From an uncultured Eubacteriales bacterium (lineage in GTDB: Bacteria > Acidobacteriota > Aminicenantia > Aminicenantales > Saccharicenantaceae), in NCBI GenBank assembly GCA_964423315.1, contig CAYREO010000001.1, positions 20,629-84,628 on the forward strand: a DNA stretch of 64,000 nt, read 5' to 3'. Shown here one piece after another: positions 1-9,144 of the stretch; position 1 is the first letter of the stretch; every line of letters begins with the position of its first letter. The notes below the pieces were generated by a model that ran no database searches, was not told where the DNA came from, and was given only the letters and a program-made list of their open reading frames with translations. The translations under genes were made by a program, and so were the position numbers.

Positions 1-209
1 CTTCTGAAAGGCGAACGTATTACTCGGTCCCTCAAGCCGCCGTGCTGCTAGGGATCAGCAGGATCGCTGTTTTCAAGAAGGTCAAGTCCGGCGAGATCAA
101 GGCCATCAGGATCGGCAGGAGCTACGGGATCCCTGCCTCCTCTATGCGACACGTATCCGGAAAATCACTGACCCCCGAAAGGACAGGATCAATAAAGCGA
201 GAGGTATGA
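1..209 (+). CDS. Partial CDS (5' end outside window): excisionase-family helix-turn-helix DNA-binding protein, C-terminal part
   Basis: The frame ending in TGA at 207-209 reads ...YYSVPQAAVLLGISRIAVFKKVKSGEIKAIRIGRSYGIPASS.... This is the conserved HTH signature (IRIGRSYRI-like) of the excisionase/MerR-like DNA-binding domain family. Its stop overlaps the ATG of the next gene (ATGA). Confidence 0.45.
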   Translation, partial: SERRTYYSVPQAAVLLGISRIAVFKKVKSGEIKAIRIGRSYGIPASSMRHVSGKSLTPERTGSIKREV

Positions 210-3200
210 CCATGCGGCGAAAGAGCTTTCGGATGATGGTGTTTGCGGCAGCCGGTATTATGGCGGGAGCTGCGTTGATGGCGGCCGGGATCGTTGTGGC
301 CGTCGTCGGGTCGAGCGCGACGGTCGGGGTCCAGGAGGCGAAGTACGGCGTCGGCGATTGGGACCCGGAGTCGGGCCTGGGCAACCACCGGGCCGTGGTG
401 CGGATCGAGGCGTCATCGGCGCCCCCGGTCAAGCTCTCCGTCCCGGAAAAAGGCGTAAAAAAGGCGGCCGCCGCGACGGCGCCACAAGCGGCCATCAAGG
501 CAGGGGCTGCCAGGTCCACGGCGGTCCGGGTGCGCATCCCGTGGCGAAGACGGGACATCGACCCCGACACGAAGAACATCCTGGTCATCGACGCCGCCTC
601 GGGAGAGCGCGTCCTCAACGTCCTGCCTCTTGAGGTCAACCGGGAGTTCGGCGACATCGTCTTCGAGCCGGTGACGGTCCCCGGCGACTATCATGTTTAC
701 TACATGCCTTACAAGTCCGAGGGCCGTAAGAACTATCCCAACGTCAAGTACGACCAGCCCGAACTGACGGCCGAACCGGCGTGGCTGGAGGCCGTCGGGC
801 TGTCCGGGAATCCCGTGCCGGCCGCGGCCCTCGAAGCCCTGCCCCGGGCCGAGGTCTCCGAGATCCAGTCGGTCGACGAGTTCAGCTCGTTCCATCCGAT
901 GGAGGTCATCGCCACGGCGGCGGAGACCGAGGCGCTCCTTGCGGCCCATCCCGGGACACCCTATCTGCTGTTCCCGGAGGACCGCCGCTTCTCCATCCGC
1001 ATGACCGAAGACCTGCCGCATCGCTGGACCGTCGTCGGGCCGCGAGGCGCGTTCCGCGGCCGGGCCGCGCGCGGCGAGTACTACGCGTTCCAGATCGGGG
1101 TCTGGGCGGCGCGCCAAGCCATCGAGGATCTCGAGGTGAGGTTCTCGGATCTCGTCCATGAAGCGGTGCAAAGCGACGAGGGCTCGCCCGCCCCGCGCAC
1201 ACGCATCGAAGCTTCGGCCATGAACTGCCTCAACACGGGCGGGATCGATTGGGACGGCTCGGTCATCACGAAAGCCGTTCCCGTTGGGCGGGGCAAGGTC
1301 CAGGCCCTGTGGTGCGGCGTGGACGTCCCCAAGGACGCCCGCCAGGGCGTCTTCCGGGGCGCCGTGACGATCGCGCCCAAGGGGCTGCCGGAGACGATCG
1401 TCGCGGTCGAGCTCGAGGTGACGGAGGAGGTCCTCGAGGACCGCGGGGACGGCGACCCGTTCCGCATGACGCGCCTGCGCTGGCTCGACTCGACCCTGGC
1501 CCAGGACGACGGGATCGTGCCTCCCTACACGCCGCTGGCGGTCGACGGCTGGACGGTGAGCTGCCTGGGGCGCTCGCTGTCCATCGGGAAGGACGGCTTG
1601 CCGGCCCGCATCCGGAGCTATTTCGCACCCGAGATGACCGGGATCGGGGCCGCGCCGGTCGAGCTTCTCGCGTCGGCGTTCAAGCTCCGCGTCCACGACG
1701 GCGAGAAGCGGGAGCCCGACTGGACGGCGGCCGCGTCGGGCCCGCGCTGGATCAAGCAGGCCCCTGGGACCGTCGAGTGGGAGGCCGGGAACCGGGCCGA
1801 GGGTCTGCGGATGAGCGTCCGCGGCCGGATGGAGTTCGACGGCTTCGTCGGCTACCAGGTCGCCCTGACCGCCGACCGGGACATGGACGTGTCCGACATC
1901 TGGCTCGAGGTGCCGCTCCGTGAGGAGGCCGCCCGCTACATGATGGGTCTGGGCTTCAAGGGCGGCGCGAGGCCGGAGAGATTCGACTGGTCGTGGGACC
2001 GGACGAAGAACCAGGACGCCCTGTGGCTGGGCGCGGTGAACGCCGGGGTGCAGATCTCATGGCGCGCCGAGAATTATTCGCGGCCGCTCAACACGAATTT
2101 CTACCTCAGCAAGCCGCTCAATATGCCGCCTTCGTGGTGGAACGAGGGCCGGGGCGCGGTCGCCGTGCGGACGGTTGCGGAGGGCGGGGACGTGAAGGCG
2201 ACGGGGGGAGCGGCGGACGCGGCGGCGAAGGCGAAGAAGGCGGGCCGGCGCGTCGTCGTCCTCAGCGCCCACTCGGGCCTGCGGTCGATCAAGGCCGGAG
2301 AGACGCTCCACTTCGATTTCACGCTGCTGCTGACGCCCTTCAAGCCGCTCGAGCCGGGGCGTCATTTCCGCGAGCGCTATTACCACGCCTTCAAGCCGCT
2401 CGACGAGGTCGCGGAGACGGGGGCCAATGTCATCAACGTCCACCACGCCAACGACATCAACCCGTTCATCAACTACCCGTTCCTGCGGGTGCCGGAGATG
2501 AAGGCCTATATCGACGAAGCCCACCGGCGCGGATTCAAGGTCAAGATCTACAACACCATCCGCGAGCTCTCGAACCGGGCGCCCGAGCTCTTCGCCCTGC
2601 GCAGCCTGGGGCACGAGGTGTTCTCGGCCGGGCCGGGCGGCGGGTATTCGTGGCTCCAGGAGCACCTCGGGGGCGACTACATCGCGGCCTGGTTCGTCCC
2701 CGAGCTCAAGGACGCGGCGGTCATCAACAGCGGCATGTCGCGCTGGCACAACTACTACATCGAGGGGCTCGACTGGGTGGCGCGGAACGTCGGCATCGAC
2801 GGGCTCTACCTCGACGACGTGGCCTTCGACCGGACGACGATGAAGCGGGTGCGCAAGGTCCTCGACCGCAACCGCAAAGGGGCCCTCATCGACCTCCACA
2901 GCGCCAACCAGTACAACGTGCGTGACGGGTTCGCCTCGAGCGCAAATCTTTACATGGAGCATTTTCCCTTCCTCGACCGGCTTTGGTTCGGCGAGTATTT
3001 CGACTACGACGGCAGCGGCGCCGATTATTGGCTGGTCGAGCTGTCCGGCATCCCGTTCGGGCTGATGGGCGAGATGCTCGAGAAGGGCGGCAATCCGTGG
3101 CGCGGCATGGTCTTCGGCATGACCAGCCGCCTGCCGTGGGCCGGAGACCCGCGGCCGCTGTGGAAGATCTGGGACGAGTTCGGGATCGCCGACAGCGAGA

Positions 3201-3604
3201 TGATCGGCTGGTGGGCGGAGAGCGGACCGGTCCGCACGGGGAACGCGGATGTCCTGGCGACGAGCTTTGTCAGGCGTTCGGGGGACGCGACCTCCCTCCA
3301 AGCCTATAGGAATTCAGGGGGGGCGCCTTCTACGGCGGGAGCGGCAGGGGCACCCGAACGAAGCACTGGGACGCCGGTCGGAGCGAACACGGGGGAGCAC
3401 AAGGTCCTCATCGCCCTGGCCAGCTGGGCTAAAGAGCCTGTCGACGTGCGGCTTACGATCGACTGGAAAAGGCTGGGACTCGATCCCAAGCGGACCGGGC
3501 TGCGCGCCCCGGCCATCGAGGGCTTCCAGGAGGCCGCCGAGTACAAACCCGGCGACCCCGTCCGCCTCGAACCCGCCAAAGGCCGGCTTCTCATCCTCCG
3601 CTGA
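206..3604 (+). CDS. Large secreted glycoside-hydrolase-like protein (TIM-barrel, GH123/DUF4091-like); precise activity unknown
   Basis: Uninterrupted 1132-aa ORF with an N-terminal signal/anchor (MTMRRKSFRMMVFAAAGIMAGAALMAAGIVVAVVG). A central region (DGLYLDDVAFDRTTMKRV...HSANQYN) resembles glycoside hydrolase TIM-barrel catalytic domains. Codon usage matches its neighbours. Confidence 0.7.
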   Translation: MTMRRKSFRMMVFAAAGIMAGAALMAAGIVVAVVGSSATVGVQEAKYGVGDWDPESGLGNHRAVVRIEASSAPPVKLSVPEKGVKKAAAATAPQAAIKAGAARSTAVRVRIPWRRRDIDPDTKNILVIDAASGERVLNVLPLEVNREFGDIVFEPVTVPGDYHVYYMPYKSEGRKNYPNVKYDQPELTAEPAWLEAVGLSGNPVPAAALEALPRAEVSEIQSVDEFSSFHPMEVIATAAETEALLAAHPGTPYLLFPEDRRFSIRMTEDLPHRWTVVGPRGAFRGRAARGEYYAFQIGVWAARQAIEDLEVRFSDLVHEAVQSDEGSPAPRTRIEASAMNCLNTGGIDWDGSVITKAVPVGRGKVQALWCGVDVPKDARQGVFRGAVTIAPKGLPETIVAVELEVTEEVLEDRGDGDPFRMTRLRWLDSTLAQDDGIVPPYTPLAVDGWTVSCLGRSLSIGKDGLPARIRSYFAPEMTGIGAAPVELLASAFKLRVHDGEKREPDWTAAASGPRWIKQAPGTVEWEAGNRAEGLRMSVRGRMEFDGFVGYQVALTADRDMDVSDIWLEVPLREEAARYMMGLGFKGGARPERFDWSWDRTKNQDALWLGAVNAGVQISWRAENYSRPLNTNFYLSKPLNMPPSWWNEGRGAVAVRTVAEGGDVKATGGAADAAAKAKKAGRRVVVLSAHSGLRSIKAGETLHFDFTLLLTPFKPLEPGRHFRERYYHAFKPLDEVAETGANVINVHHANDINPFINYPFLRVPEMKAYIDEAHRRGFKVKIYNTIRELSNRAPELFALRSLGHEVFSAGPGGGYSWLQEHLGGDYIAAWFVPELKDAAVINSGMSRWHNYYIEGLDWVARNVGIDGLYLDDVAFDRTTMKRVRKVLDRNRKGALIDLHSANQYNVRDGFASSANLYMEHFPFLDRLWFGEYFDYDGSGADYWLVELSGIPFGLMGEMLEKGGNPWRGMVFGMTSRLPWAGDPRPLWKIWDEFGIADSEMIGWWAESGPVRTGNADVLATSFVRRSGDATSLQAYRNSGGAPSTAGAAGAPERSTGTPVGANTGEHKVLIALASWAKEPVDVRLTIDWKRLGLDPKRTGLRAPAIEGFQEAAEYKPGDPVRLEPAKGRLLILR

Positions 3605-3607
3605 CCA

Positions 3608-3645
3608 ATGTTATTTCGGGGACACAATCCCCATTTCCGAATTTC
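3608..3645 (+). terminator. Hairpin plus T-rich motif (tcggggacacaatccccatttccgaatttccg) directly after the stop of the 1132-aa glycoside-hydrolase-like gene; shared with the GH78 gene 3' end
   Basis: GGGG/CCCC stem with a 7-nt loop, followed by atttccgaattt. A near-identical motif occurs at 61697-61735. Confidence 0.3.
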
Positions 3646-3784
3646 CGCGATGATAGGGCTTTGCCTCCCGTCTAACAGGCAGGGAGGGGCTAGATCCGTC
3701 AGCCTCTGATACGACTGATGAGATTCCCGGCCTTGGCCAAGCGTCTCTTTTAACGTCACGAAAACACTTGACTCTCGAAAGGAG

Positions 3785-3812
3785 AAAGTATATATGTATG
3801 GTATATACCTCG
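3785..3812 (+). promoter_or_regulatory. AT-rich palindromic/direct repeat (GTATATA x2) immediately upstream of vapB; putative promoter -10/operator for VapB autoregulation
   Basis: Sequence agtatatatgtatggtatatacc lies 12 nt upstream of the vapB ATG, in an otherwise GC-rich genome. AbrB/SpoVT-type antitoxins typically bind repeats overlapping their own promoter. Confidence 0.35.
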
Positions 3813-3823
3813 GGAGTTATGAA

Positions 3824-4051
3824 ATGAAAACGGCCCGGCTCTTCCGCAACGGACAAAGCCAGGCGGTGCGCCTGCCCAAGGAGTTCCGCTTTGAGGGCGA
3901 GTTCGTCTATGTCAAGAGATCCGGCCGGGCCGTCGTTCTTCTGCCGGCCAAGGGCCTCTGGAGCTCACTCGTCGAAAGCCTCGACAAGTTCTCGGACGAT
4001 TTCATGGCCGACCGCGCCCAGCCCCCGGCCCAGGAACGTGAGGGCCTCTGA
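3824..4051 (+). CDS. vapB: VapB-type antitoxin (AbrB/SpoVT swapped-hairpin family)
   Basis: MKTARLFRNGQSQAVRLPKEFRFEGEFVYVKRSGRAVVLLP is the classic AbrB/MazE-fold antitoxin N-terminus. The start is set at the internal Met (the ORF track begins at 3794). The stop overlaps the vapC start (ATGA at 4048-4051). Confidence 0.8.
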   Translation: MKTARLFRNGQSQAVRLPKEFRFEGEFVYVKRSGRAVVLLPAKGLWSSLVESLDKFSDDFMADRAQPPAQEREGL

Positions 4052-4452
4052 TGCGCTTCATGCTCGACACGGACACTTGCATCGCTCTCATCAAACGGAA
4101 GCCGCGCTCGTGCCGCAGCCGCCTGATGTCCCTTGCCCCGGGCGAGGCTGGCATTTCGACGGTCACTCTGGCCGAGCTTCGCTACGGAGTGGCCAAAAGC
4201 GCCCAACGCGAAAGGAACGCTGCGGCCCTCGATGAATTCCTCCTGCCCCTGGACATCGCCGTTTTCGACGAGGCGGCCGCCGCAAGCTACGGAACGGTCC
4301 GAGCCGCGCTCGAAAGAGCCGGGGCCCCCATCGGCCCCCTCGACACCCGGATCGGGGCCCACGCCCTGAGCCTCGGGGCCACGCTCGTGACCCACAACAC
4401 GCGTGAGTTCCGCCGGATCCCCGGCCTGGCCTGCGCCGACTGGCTCTCCTGA
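4051..4452 (+). CDS. vapC: VapC PIN-domain ribonuclease toxin
   Basis: MRFMLDTDTCIALIKRKP...THNTREFRRIPGL shows PIN-domain architecture with conserved acidic residues (D6, E42-like, D-rich C-terminal region). It is translationally coupled to vapB. Confidence 0.8.
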   Translation: MRFMLDTDTCIALIKRKPRSCRSRLMSLAPGEAGISTVTLAELRYGVAKSAQRERNAAALDEFLLPLDIAVFDEAAAASYGTVRAALERAGAPIGPLDTRIGAHALSLGATLVTHNTREFRRIPGLACADWLS

Positions 4453-4463
4453 AGCGGGCCGGC

Positions 4464-5750
4464 TCAGAACTTGTGCCTCGCGCCGAGCTCCTCGAGCTTC
4501 AGGCGGACGGAGACGACGTACGGCGGCTCGCCCTCGGTCCAGTGGCCGTAGGTCGTCAGGACGAATGTGCCGTCCGGAAGGACCTCGACGCCGGGGTAGG
4601 CGCAGTCGGCGTCCTTGGTGTTGTCCATGAGCCGGACGCGGCATTGCCCCTCCCGGCCGCGCACGATGTCGTCGAACGTCCCGACCCAGGCGACCCAATC
4701 GCCCCGCGTCGGGCTGTCGTGGGCCATATCCCGGAACGATACGAGCAGCCGCTTGTCCGGCGCGTAAGCGCCGACGTGCCGGTCGCCGGTCAGGGCTCCG
4801 GGCAGCTCGCGAGGCTCGCTCCAGGTCCGTCCCTCGTCCTCCGAGAACATGACGAACGAATTGCGGGTCCGGCTGTTCTCGCGCAGCAGCGCCGCAAGCC
4901 GCCGTCCGTCCGGCGAGCGGATGACGCCCGGCTCGCAGAGGTGGACCTCGCTCGACCGGTAAATCGCCTCCGGGAACGACCAGCTCAGCCCGCCGTCGTG
5001 CGAGAACGTCTTATAAAGCGTGAACACAGGCGGTTTCTCCGGCCGCGGCTCCTGCGCGAAAAACCGCCCGTCGTCATGGAACATGGCCAGGTACCGGCCC
5101 GGCCCTCCGCCGCGAAGCTCGACGACGCTCGACATGACGACGATGCCGCCCCACTCCCCCGCCGGTTCGAGCGGCGTCCACGTCAGCCCGTCATCCTCCG
5201 AGACCGACAGCCGCGCCGGGTAAAGCCCCGACCAGAGGATCAGCCTCTTTCTCCCGTCCGGGCCGACGACCCGATGGATGGTCGGCGTCTCGAGCGAGGT
5301 CGCCCAGTTGTCCGGGACCGGCAAGCGATCGCTCCATGTCAGCCCTCCGTCCTCGCTCCGCTTCATGACGATGGCCCCCCGGCCGTGCCCCTTGGGATAG
5401 ACCGCGATCATGGTCCGGCCGTCCTCGAGCAGGACGGTCGTGGGATGGCCCAGATACTGCCCCGGCTCGCGGTCGACCACAACCTGCCGTTCCGTCTCGC
5501 CGGCCAGGTCGACGAACGGAAGGGAGTACCCCCGCGCGACGGCCGCCGGCAGCGCGGCCCGCTCCGGCCGGGACTCCCGCCGGCAAGCCGGGAGCATTGC
5601 GAAGGTCACCAGCACAGCCGCCGCGGCCAGGCCGCCCAGGGCGCCCGCAATCCGCTTTTTCCTCCCGATGGCGGGCGCGGGCCGTCCGGTCGCCGCCCTC
5701 GCCTCCAGCACAGCTATAACGCTCATCGCCGCGCGTACCTCCGTCCTCAT
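4464..5750 (-). CDS. BNR-repeat sialidase-like (GH33-like) exported protein
   Basis: Four Asp-box/BNR motifs (SEDGGLTWS, SEDDGLTWT, SHDGGLSWS, SEDEGRTWS) after a signal-like N-terminus (RIAGALGGLAAAAVLVTFAMLPAC). The start is chosen at MRTEV because it abuts the stop of the upstream DUF2461 gene (5747-5749); the track ORF extends to 5810. Confidence 0.65.
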   Translation of the reverse strand: MRTEVRAAMSVIAVLEARAATGRPAPAIGRKKRIAGALGGLAAAAVLVTFAMLPACRRESRPERAALPAAVARGYSLPFVDLAGETERQVVVDREPGQYLGHPTTVLLEDGRTMIAVYPKGHGRGAIVMKRSEDGGLTWSDRLPVPDNWATSLETPTIHRVVGPDGRKRLILWSGLYPARLSVSEDDGLTWTPLEPAGEWGGIVVMSSVVELRGGGPGRYLAMFHDDGRFFAQEPRPEKPPVFTLYKTFSHDGGLSWSFPEAIYRSSEVHLCEPGVIRSPDGRRLAALLRENSRTRNSFVMFSEDEGRTWSEPRELPGALTGDRHVGAYAPDKRLLVSFRDMAHDSPTRGDWVAWVGTFDDIVRGREGQCRVRLMDNTKDADCAYPGVEVLPDGTFVLTTYGHWTEGEPPYVVSVRLKLEELGARHKF

Positions 5751-6442
5751 CCGTAAAGCCTCATCAGCCAGCGGTTGAGGGGGGCCAGCGGCGCGAACCG
5801 CTCGAAGCAATAGTCCACGAGGCGCGCCGAATAGAACTCGTTCGGGATCTTCGCCTCGAACCCGGCGTAGAGGCCCTTGTGCTTGAGGAGCTCCGCGTTG
5901 CGGTGGCCGGCGTCGAATCCCGCCGGAACCTTTTTATAGTGCTCCCCCCCGATCGCATATCCCGGAAGGCCGCCGATGGCCTCGACGATTCTCGCGATCT
6001 GCGCCCCCCGCTTCGGGTCGACGACCGCGCTCCGGTACCGGCCGAGCAGGGCGTCGGGGATCATATACATCCCGCCCCCGATCATGATGTCGGGCGGCTC
6101 GAGGTGGAAATAGAACCCGGCCGACTCCATCTTGGGCCGGGCGCCTTCCCAGAAGTAGATCCCCAGGTTCGTCTTGTAAGGGGTCGGGTCGAGGCTGAAG
6201 CGCGTGTCGCGGTTGAGGCGGAAGATGGACTTGTTGACCCGCGGCACGGCCACGATCCGCGGCGCGATCCCCCTCAGCCTCTCCCCCATGGCCGTGACGA
6301 AGAGCTTGGCCGGGGCCATCACATGCGCCTCGTACATCCCCCGGTTCCGCTCGAACCACTCCTTGGTGTTGTTCTGTCGCAGCCCGTTGAAGAACCGGAC
6401 CGTCTCCTTTGTGAATCCGGAAAACGCGGATGATTCGCTCAT
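5747..6442 (-). CDS. DUF2461 (TIGR02453) family protein
   Basis: 231-aa ORF MSESSAFSGFTKETVRFFNGLRQNNTKEWFERNRGMYEAHV... matches the conserved-hypothetical TIGR02453/DUF2461 N-terminal signature. It is co-directional with and abutting the sialidase-like gene. Confidence 0.55.
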   Translation of the reverse strand: MSESSAFSGFTKETVRFFNGLRQNNTKEWFERNRGMYEAHVMAPAKLFVTAMGERLRGIAPRIVAVPRVNKSIFRLNRDTRFSLDPTPYKTNLGIYFWEGARPKMESAGFYFHLEPPDIMIGGGMYMIPDALLGRYRSAVVDPKRGAQIARIVEAIGGLPGYAIGGEHYKKVPAGFDAGHRNAELLKHKGLYAGFEAKIPNEFYSARLVDYCFERFAPLAPLNRWLMRLYG

Positions 6443-6633
6443 GGACCCTCCCGCCGCTATTCTATGCCCTCACGCCCTCCGATTCAAACGAAGTCCGCCG
6501 CAGGCCCGGGCCCTGGAGGGCCTTCCCGAACCGGGACGATGCGCATGGTCCGCCCGTTGCCAGCCGAGCGGCCGGTATGATATAAATCCGGCCTGCGGAT
6601 CCCGATGTCCGGACGCTGACGACGGAGGCGCGC

Positions 6634-9144
6634 ATGAAGGCCGTTCGAGCCCTGGTTTCCCTGCTTCTGGCGGGCCTCGCGTTCTGGGCCCTCGACAACC
6701 GCCACGGCACGTTCCCGGCTCTCGGCAGGCTCCTCGACCCGTTCACGGGATTCTGGCGGAACGGCGAGCGCGTCGACCGCATCCCGGCGAAGCTCGTCAT
6801 CCCCGGCCTGCGCGAGGAGGTCCACGTTATCTGGGACGACCGCCGCGTTCCCCACATCTTCGCCGCGAACGATCACGATCTCTATCTCGCCCAGGGCTAT
6901 GTCGCGGCCTCGCTCCGGCTCTGGCAGATGGATTTCCAGGCCCTCTATACGGCCGGCCGCATCTCCGAGGTCGTCGGTCCGCTGGGGCTGAGGCAGGACA
7001 TCTTCAACCGCCGTTTCGGGATGGCCTGGGCCGCGGAGAGGGCCTTGGACGCGTTCCGCAGCGACGTCCGCACGCGGGACGCCATCGAAGCCTTCACCGC
7101 GGGGGTCAACGCCTGCATCCGGAGCCTGGGCCGCAAGCGCCTGCCCGTCGAGTACAAGATCCTCGACTACCGGCCCGAACCGTGGACGGAGCTCAAGTGC
7201 GCCCTGCTTCTCAAGGCCATGTCGTACACCTTGGCCTCCGGCAACCGGGACGCGGCCATGACCGAGGCGAAGGACGCGCTCGGCGAGGAGGCGGTCGACC
7301 GGCTCTTTCCCTTCTTCCCCCCTCTCGTCGAGCCGGTCGTTCCGCCGGGGACCGCCTTCGACTTCGGGCCGCCGGCGATGTCGGCGGGGAGCGGGACGAG
7401 CGGGCCGGCCGGGGATGATCGGGATGACGACGCCGCTCTCGACCCGGGCCATGCCATCGTCCCTCCGCCGAGCGGGGTCACGCCTTCGCCTTCGCTCCTT
7501 TCCTCCGGTTTCCTGCCCGGCCCCGGGGTCGGCAGCAACAACTGGGCGTTGTCGGGGAAGCGGACCCGCAGCGGATCCCCCATCCTCTGCAATGACATGC
7601 ACCTCGAGCTGGCCCTGCCGGCCGTCTGGTACGAAGTCCAGCTCACGGCGCCCGGGATGAATGTTCGGGGAGTGGCTTTTCCCAGCGTTCCGCTGGTCAT
7701 CGCCGGCCACAACGAGAATGTCGCCTGGGGATTCACCAACGCCGGTTCGGACGTTCTCGACTGGTACGCCGTGACGTTCAGGGACGACACGCGGGCCGAG
7801 TATCTCTATGGAGACGAGTGGCGGAAGACGACCGTAAGGGAGGAAACGATCAAGGTCCGCGGCGGCCGGCCCGTCGTCGACCGCGTCATTCACACCCATC
7901 ACGGCCCCGTCGTGCGCTGGCCGGACGAACCGCCCTTCCCGGGCATGAACGTCCCGGCGGGAGCGGCCCTTCGCTGGCTGGCCCACGACCCTTCGAACGA
8001 ATTCGCGGCCCTTTATGCCCTCAACCGCGCCCGCGGCTACGAGGATTACGTCGAAGCCCTGAAAGCGTGGGACTGCCCGGCCCAGAACATCGTTTTCGCC
8101 GACCGTGAGGGGACCATCGCCATCCGCCACAACGGCAAGTTCCCCCTGCGGCGAAAGGGCCAGGGCCGGTTTATTCTCGACGGGTCGGACCCGTCCGACG
8201 ACTGGCGGGATTGGGTGCCTCACGAGCACGTCCCGGCGGTCAAGGACCCGGAGAGAGGCTTCGTCAGCTCGGCCAACCAGCTCTCGGCGGGACCGGGATA
8301 TCCGTACTACCTCGGATGGGACTACGCCTCCTTCGAGCGCGGGGCGCGCATCAACGAGATCCTGGCCGCCGCGAGGGACGTCACGCCGGAGGACATGGTC
8401 CGCATGCAGGCCGACATCCTCGACATCCGGGCCCGGGCGGTCGTGCCGCGCCTGCTCACGCTCCTCGAAGGCAAGACGATGAGCGGGACGGAGAAGTCGT
8501 GTTTCGACCAGCTTCGGGCCTGGGAGTTCGAGGCCCGGGCCGGCTCGATCGCGCCGACCGTCTTCCGCGAGCTGTGGGACGCGCTCAACCGTCTGACCTG
8601 GGATGACGAGAAGACGGGGGAGACGCGGAGAACGCCGTGGCCGGCGAGCGAGATCCTCGTCGACCTCGTCCTCAACGATCCCGGGTCGGAGTTCTTCGAT
8701 GACCGGACGACGCCGGAGAGGGAGACGCTGGCGGACATCGCGGAAAAGGCCTTCAGGGCGGCGGCCGCCGAGCTCGAGAAAACCCACGGGCCTCCGGGCC
8801 CGACGTGGCGTTGGGGCAAGGTCAAGGGGACCAAGCTCGCGCATCTCGGCCGCATCCCCGGCTTCGGCCGGGAGGGATTGGAGGTCGACGGCGCGAGCAC
8901 CGTCATCAACGCCATCGATCGGGTTTGGGCGCCTTCTTGGCGGATGGTCGTTGAGCTCGGGCCCGAAGTCCGAGCCTGGGGCCATTACCCCGGAGGGCAA
9001 TCGGGCCATCCCGGCTCGCGGTTCTACGACAGCTTCGTCGACGATTGGGCCGAGGGGCGGCCGGCCGATCTCGTTTATTTGAAGTCGGCCGACGAGCCGC
9101 ATCCGGCCGTGGCCGGGCGGACGGCGATGAGGGGAAGACGATGA
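6634..9144 (+). CDS. Penicillin acylase family (peptidase S45, Ntn-hydrolase) protein, possibly acyl-homoserine-lactone acylase
   Basis: 836 aa with a signal peptide (MKAVRALVSLLLAGLAFWAL). The internal SNNWALSGKRT motif holds the N-terminal nucleophile Ser of the beta subunit after autoprocessing. The size and two-subunit layout are typical of PvdQ/QuiP/PGA enzymes. Confidence 0.75.
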   Translation: MKAVRALVSLLLAGLAFWALDNRHGTFPALGRLLDPFTGFWRNGERVDRIPAKLVIPGLREEVHVIWDDRRVPHIFAANDHDLYLAQGYVAASLRLWQMDFQALYTAGRISEVVGPLGLRQDIFNRRFGMAWAAERALDAFRSDVRTRDAIEAFTAGVNACIRSLGRKRLPVEYKILDYRPEPWTELKCALLLKAMSYTLASGNRDAAMTEAKDALGEEAVDRLFPFFPPLVEPVVPPGTAFDFGPPAMSAGSGTSGPAGDDRDDDAALDPGHAIVPPPSGVTPSPSLLSSGFLPGPGVGSNNWALSGKRTRSGSPILCNDMHLELALPAVWYEVQLTAPGMNVRGVAFPSVPLVIAGHNENVAWGFTNAGSDVLDWYAVTFRDDTRAEYLYGDEWRKTTVREETIKVRGGRPVVDRVIHTHHGPVVRWPDEPPFPGMNVPAGAALRWLAHDPSNEFAALYALNRARGYEDYVEALKAWDCPAQNIVFADREGTIAIRHNGKFPLRRKGQGRFILDGSDPSDDWRDWVPHEHVPAVKDPERGFVSSANQLSAGPGYPYYLGWDYASFERGARINEILAAARDVTPEDMVRMQADILDIRARAVVPRLLTLLEGKTMSGTEKSCFDQLRAWEFEARAGSIAPTVFRELWDALNRLTWDDEKTGETRRTPWPASEILVDLVLNDPGSEFFDDRTTPERETLADIAEKAFRAAAAELEKTHGPPGPTWRWGKVKGTKLAHLGRIPGFGREGLEVDGASTVINAIDRVWAPSWRMVVELGPEVRAWGHYPGGQSGHPGSRFYDSFVDDWAEGRPADLVYLKSADEPHPAVAGRTAMRGRR

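Noticed and set aside
413-3301. Multiple long alternate-frame ORFs (for example 413..1696 -, 2057..3301 -, 1993..2925 +) inside the 1132-aa gene
   Set aside because: GC-driven shadow ORFs. Their translations are Arg/Gly/Pro-rich with no motifs.
6484-9102. 872-aa minus-strand ORF opposite the penicillin acylase gene
   Set aside because: Shadow ORF. The plus frame has the S45 catalytic motif and signal peptide.
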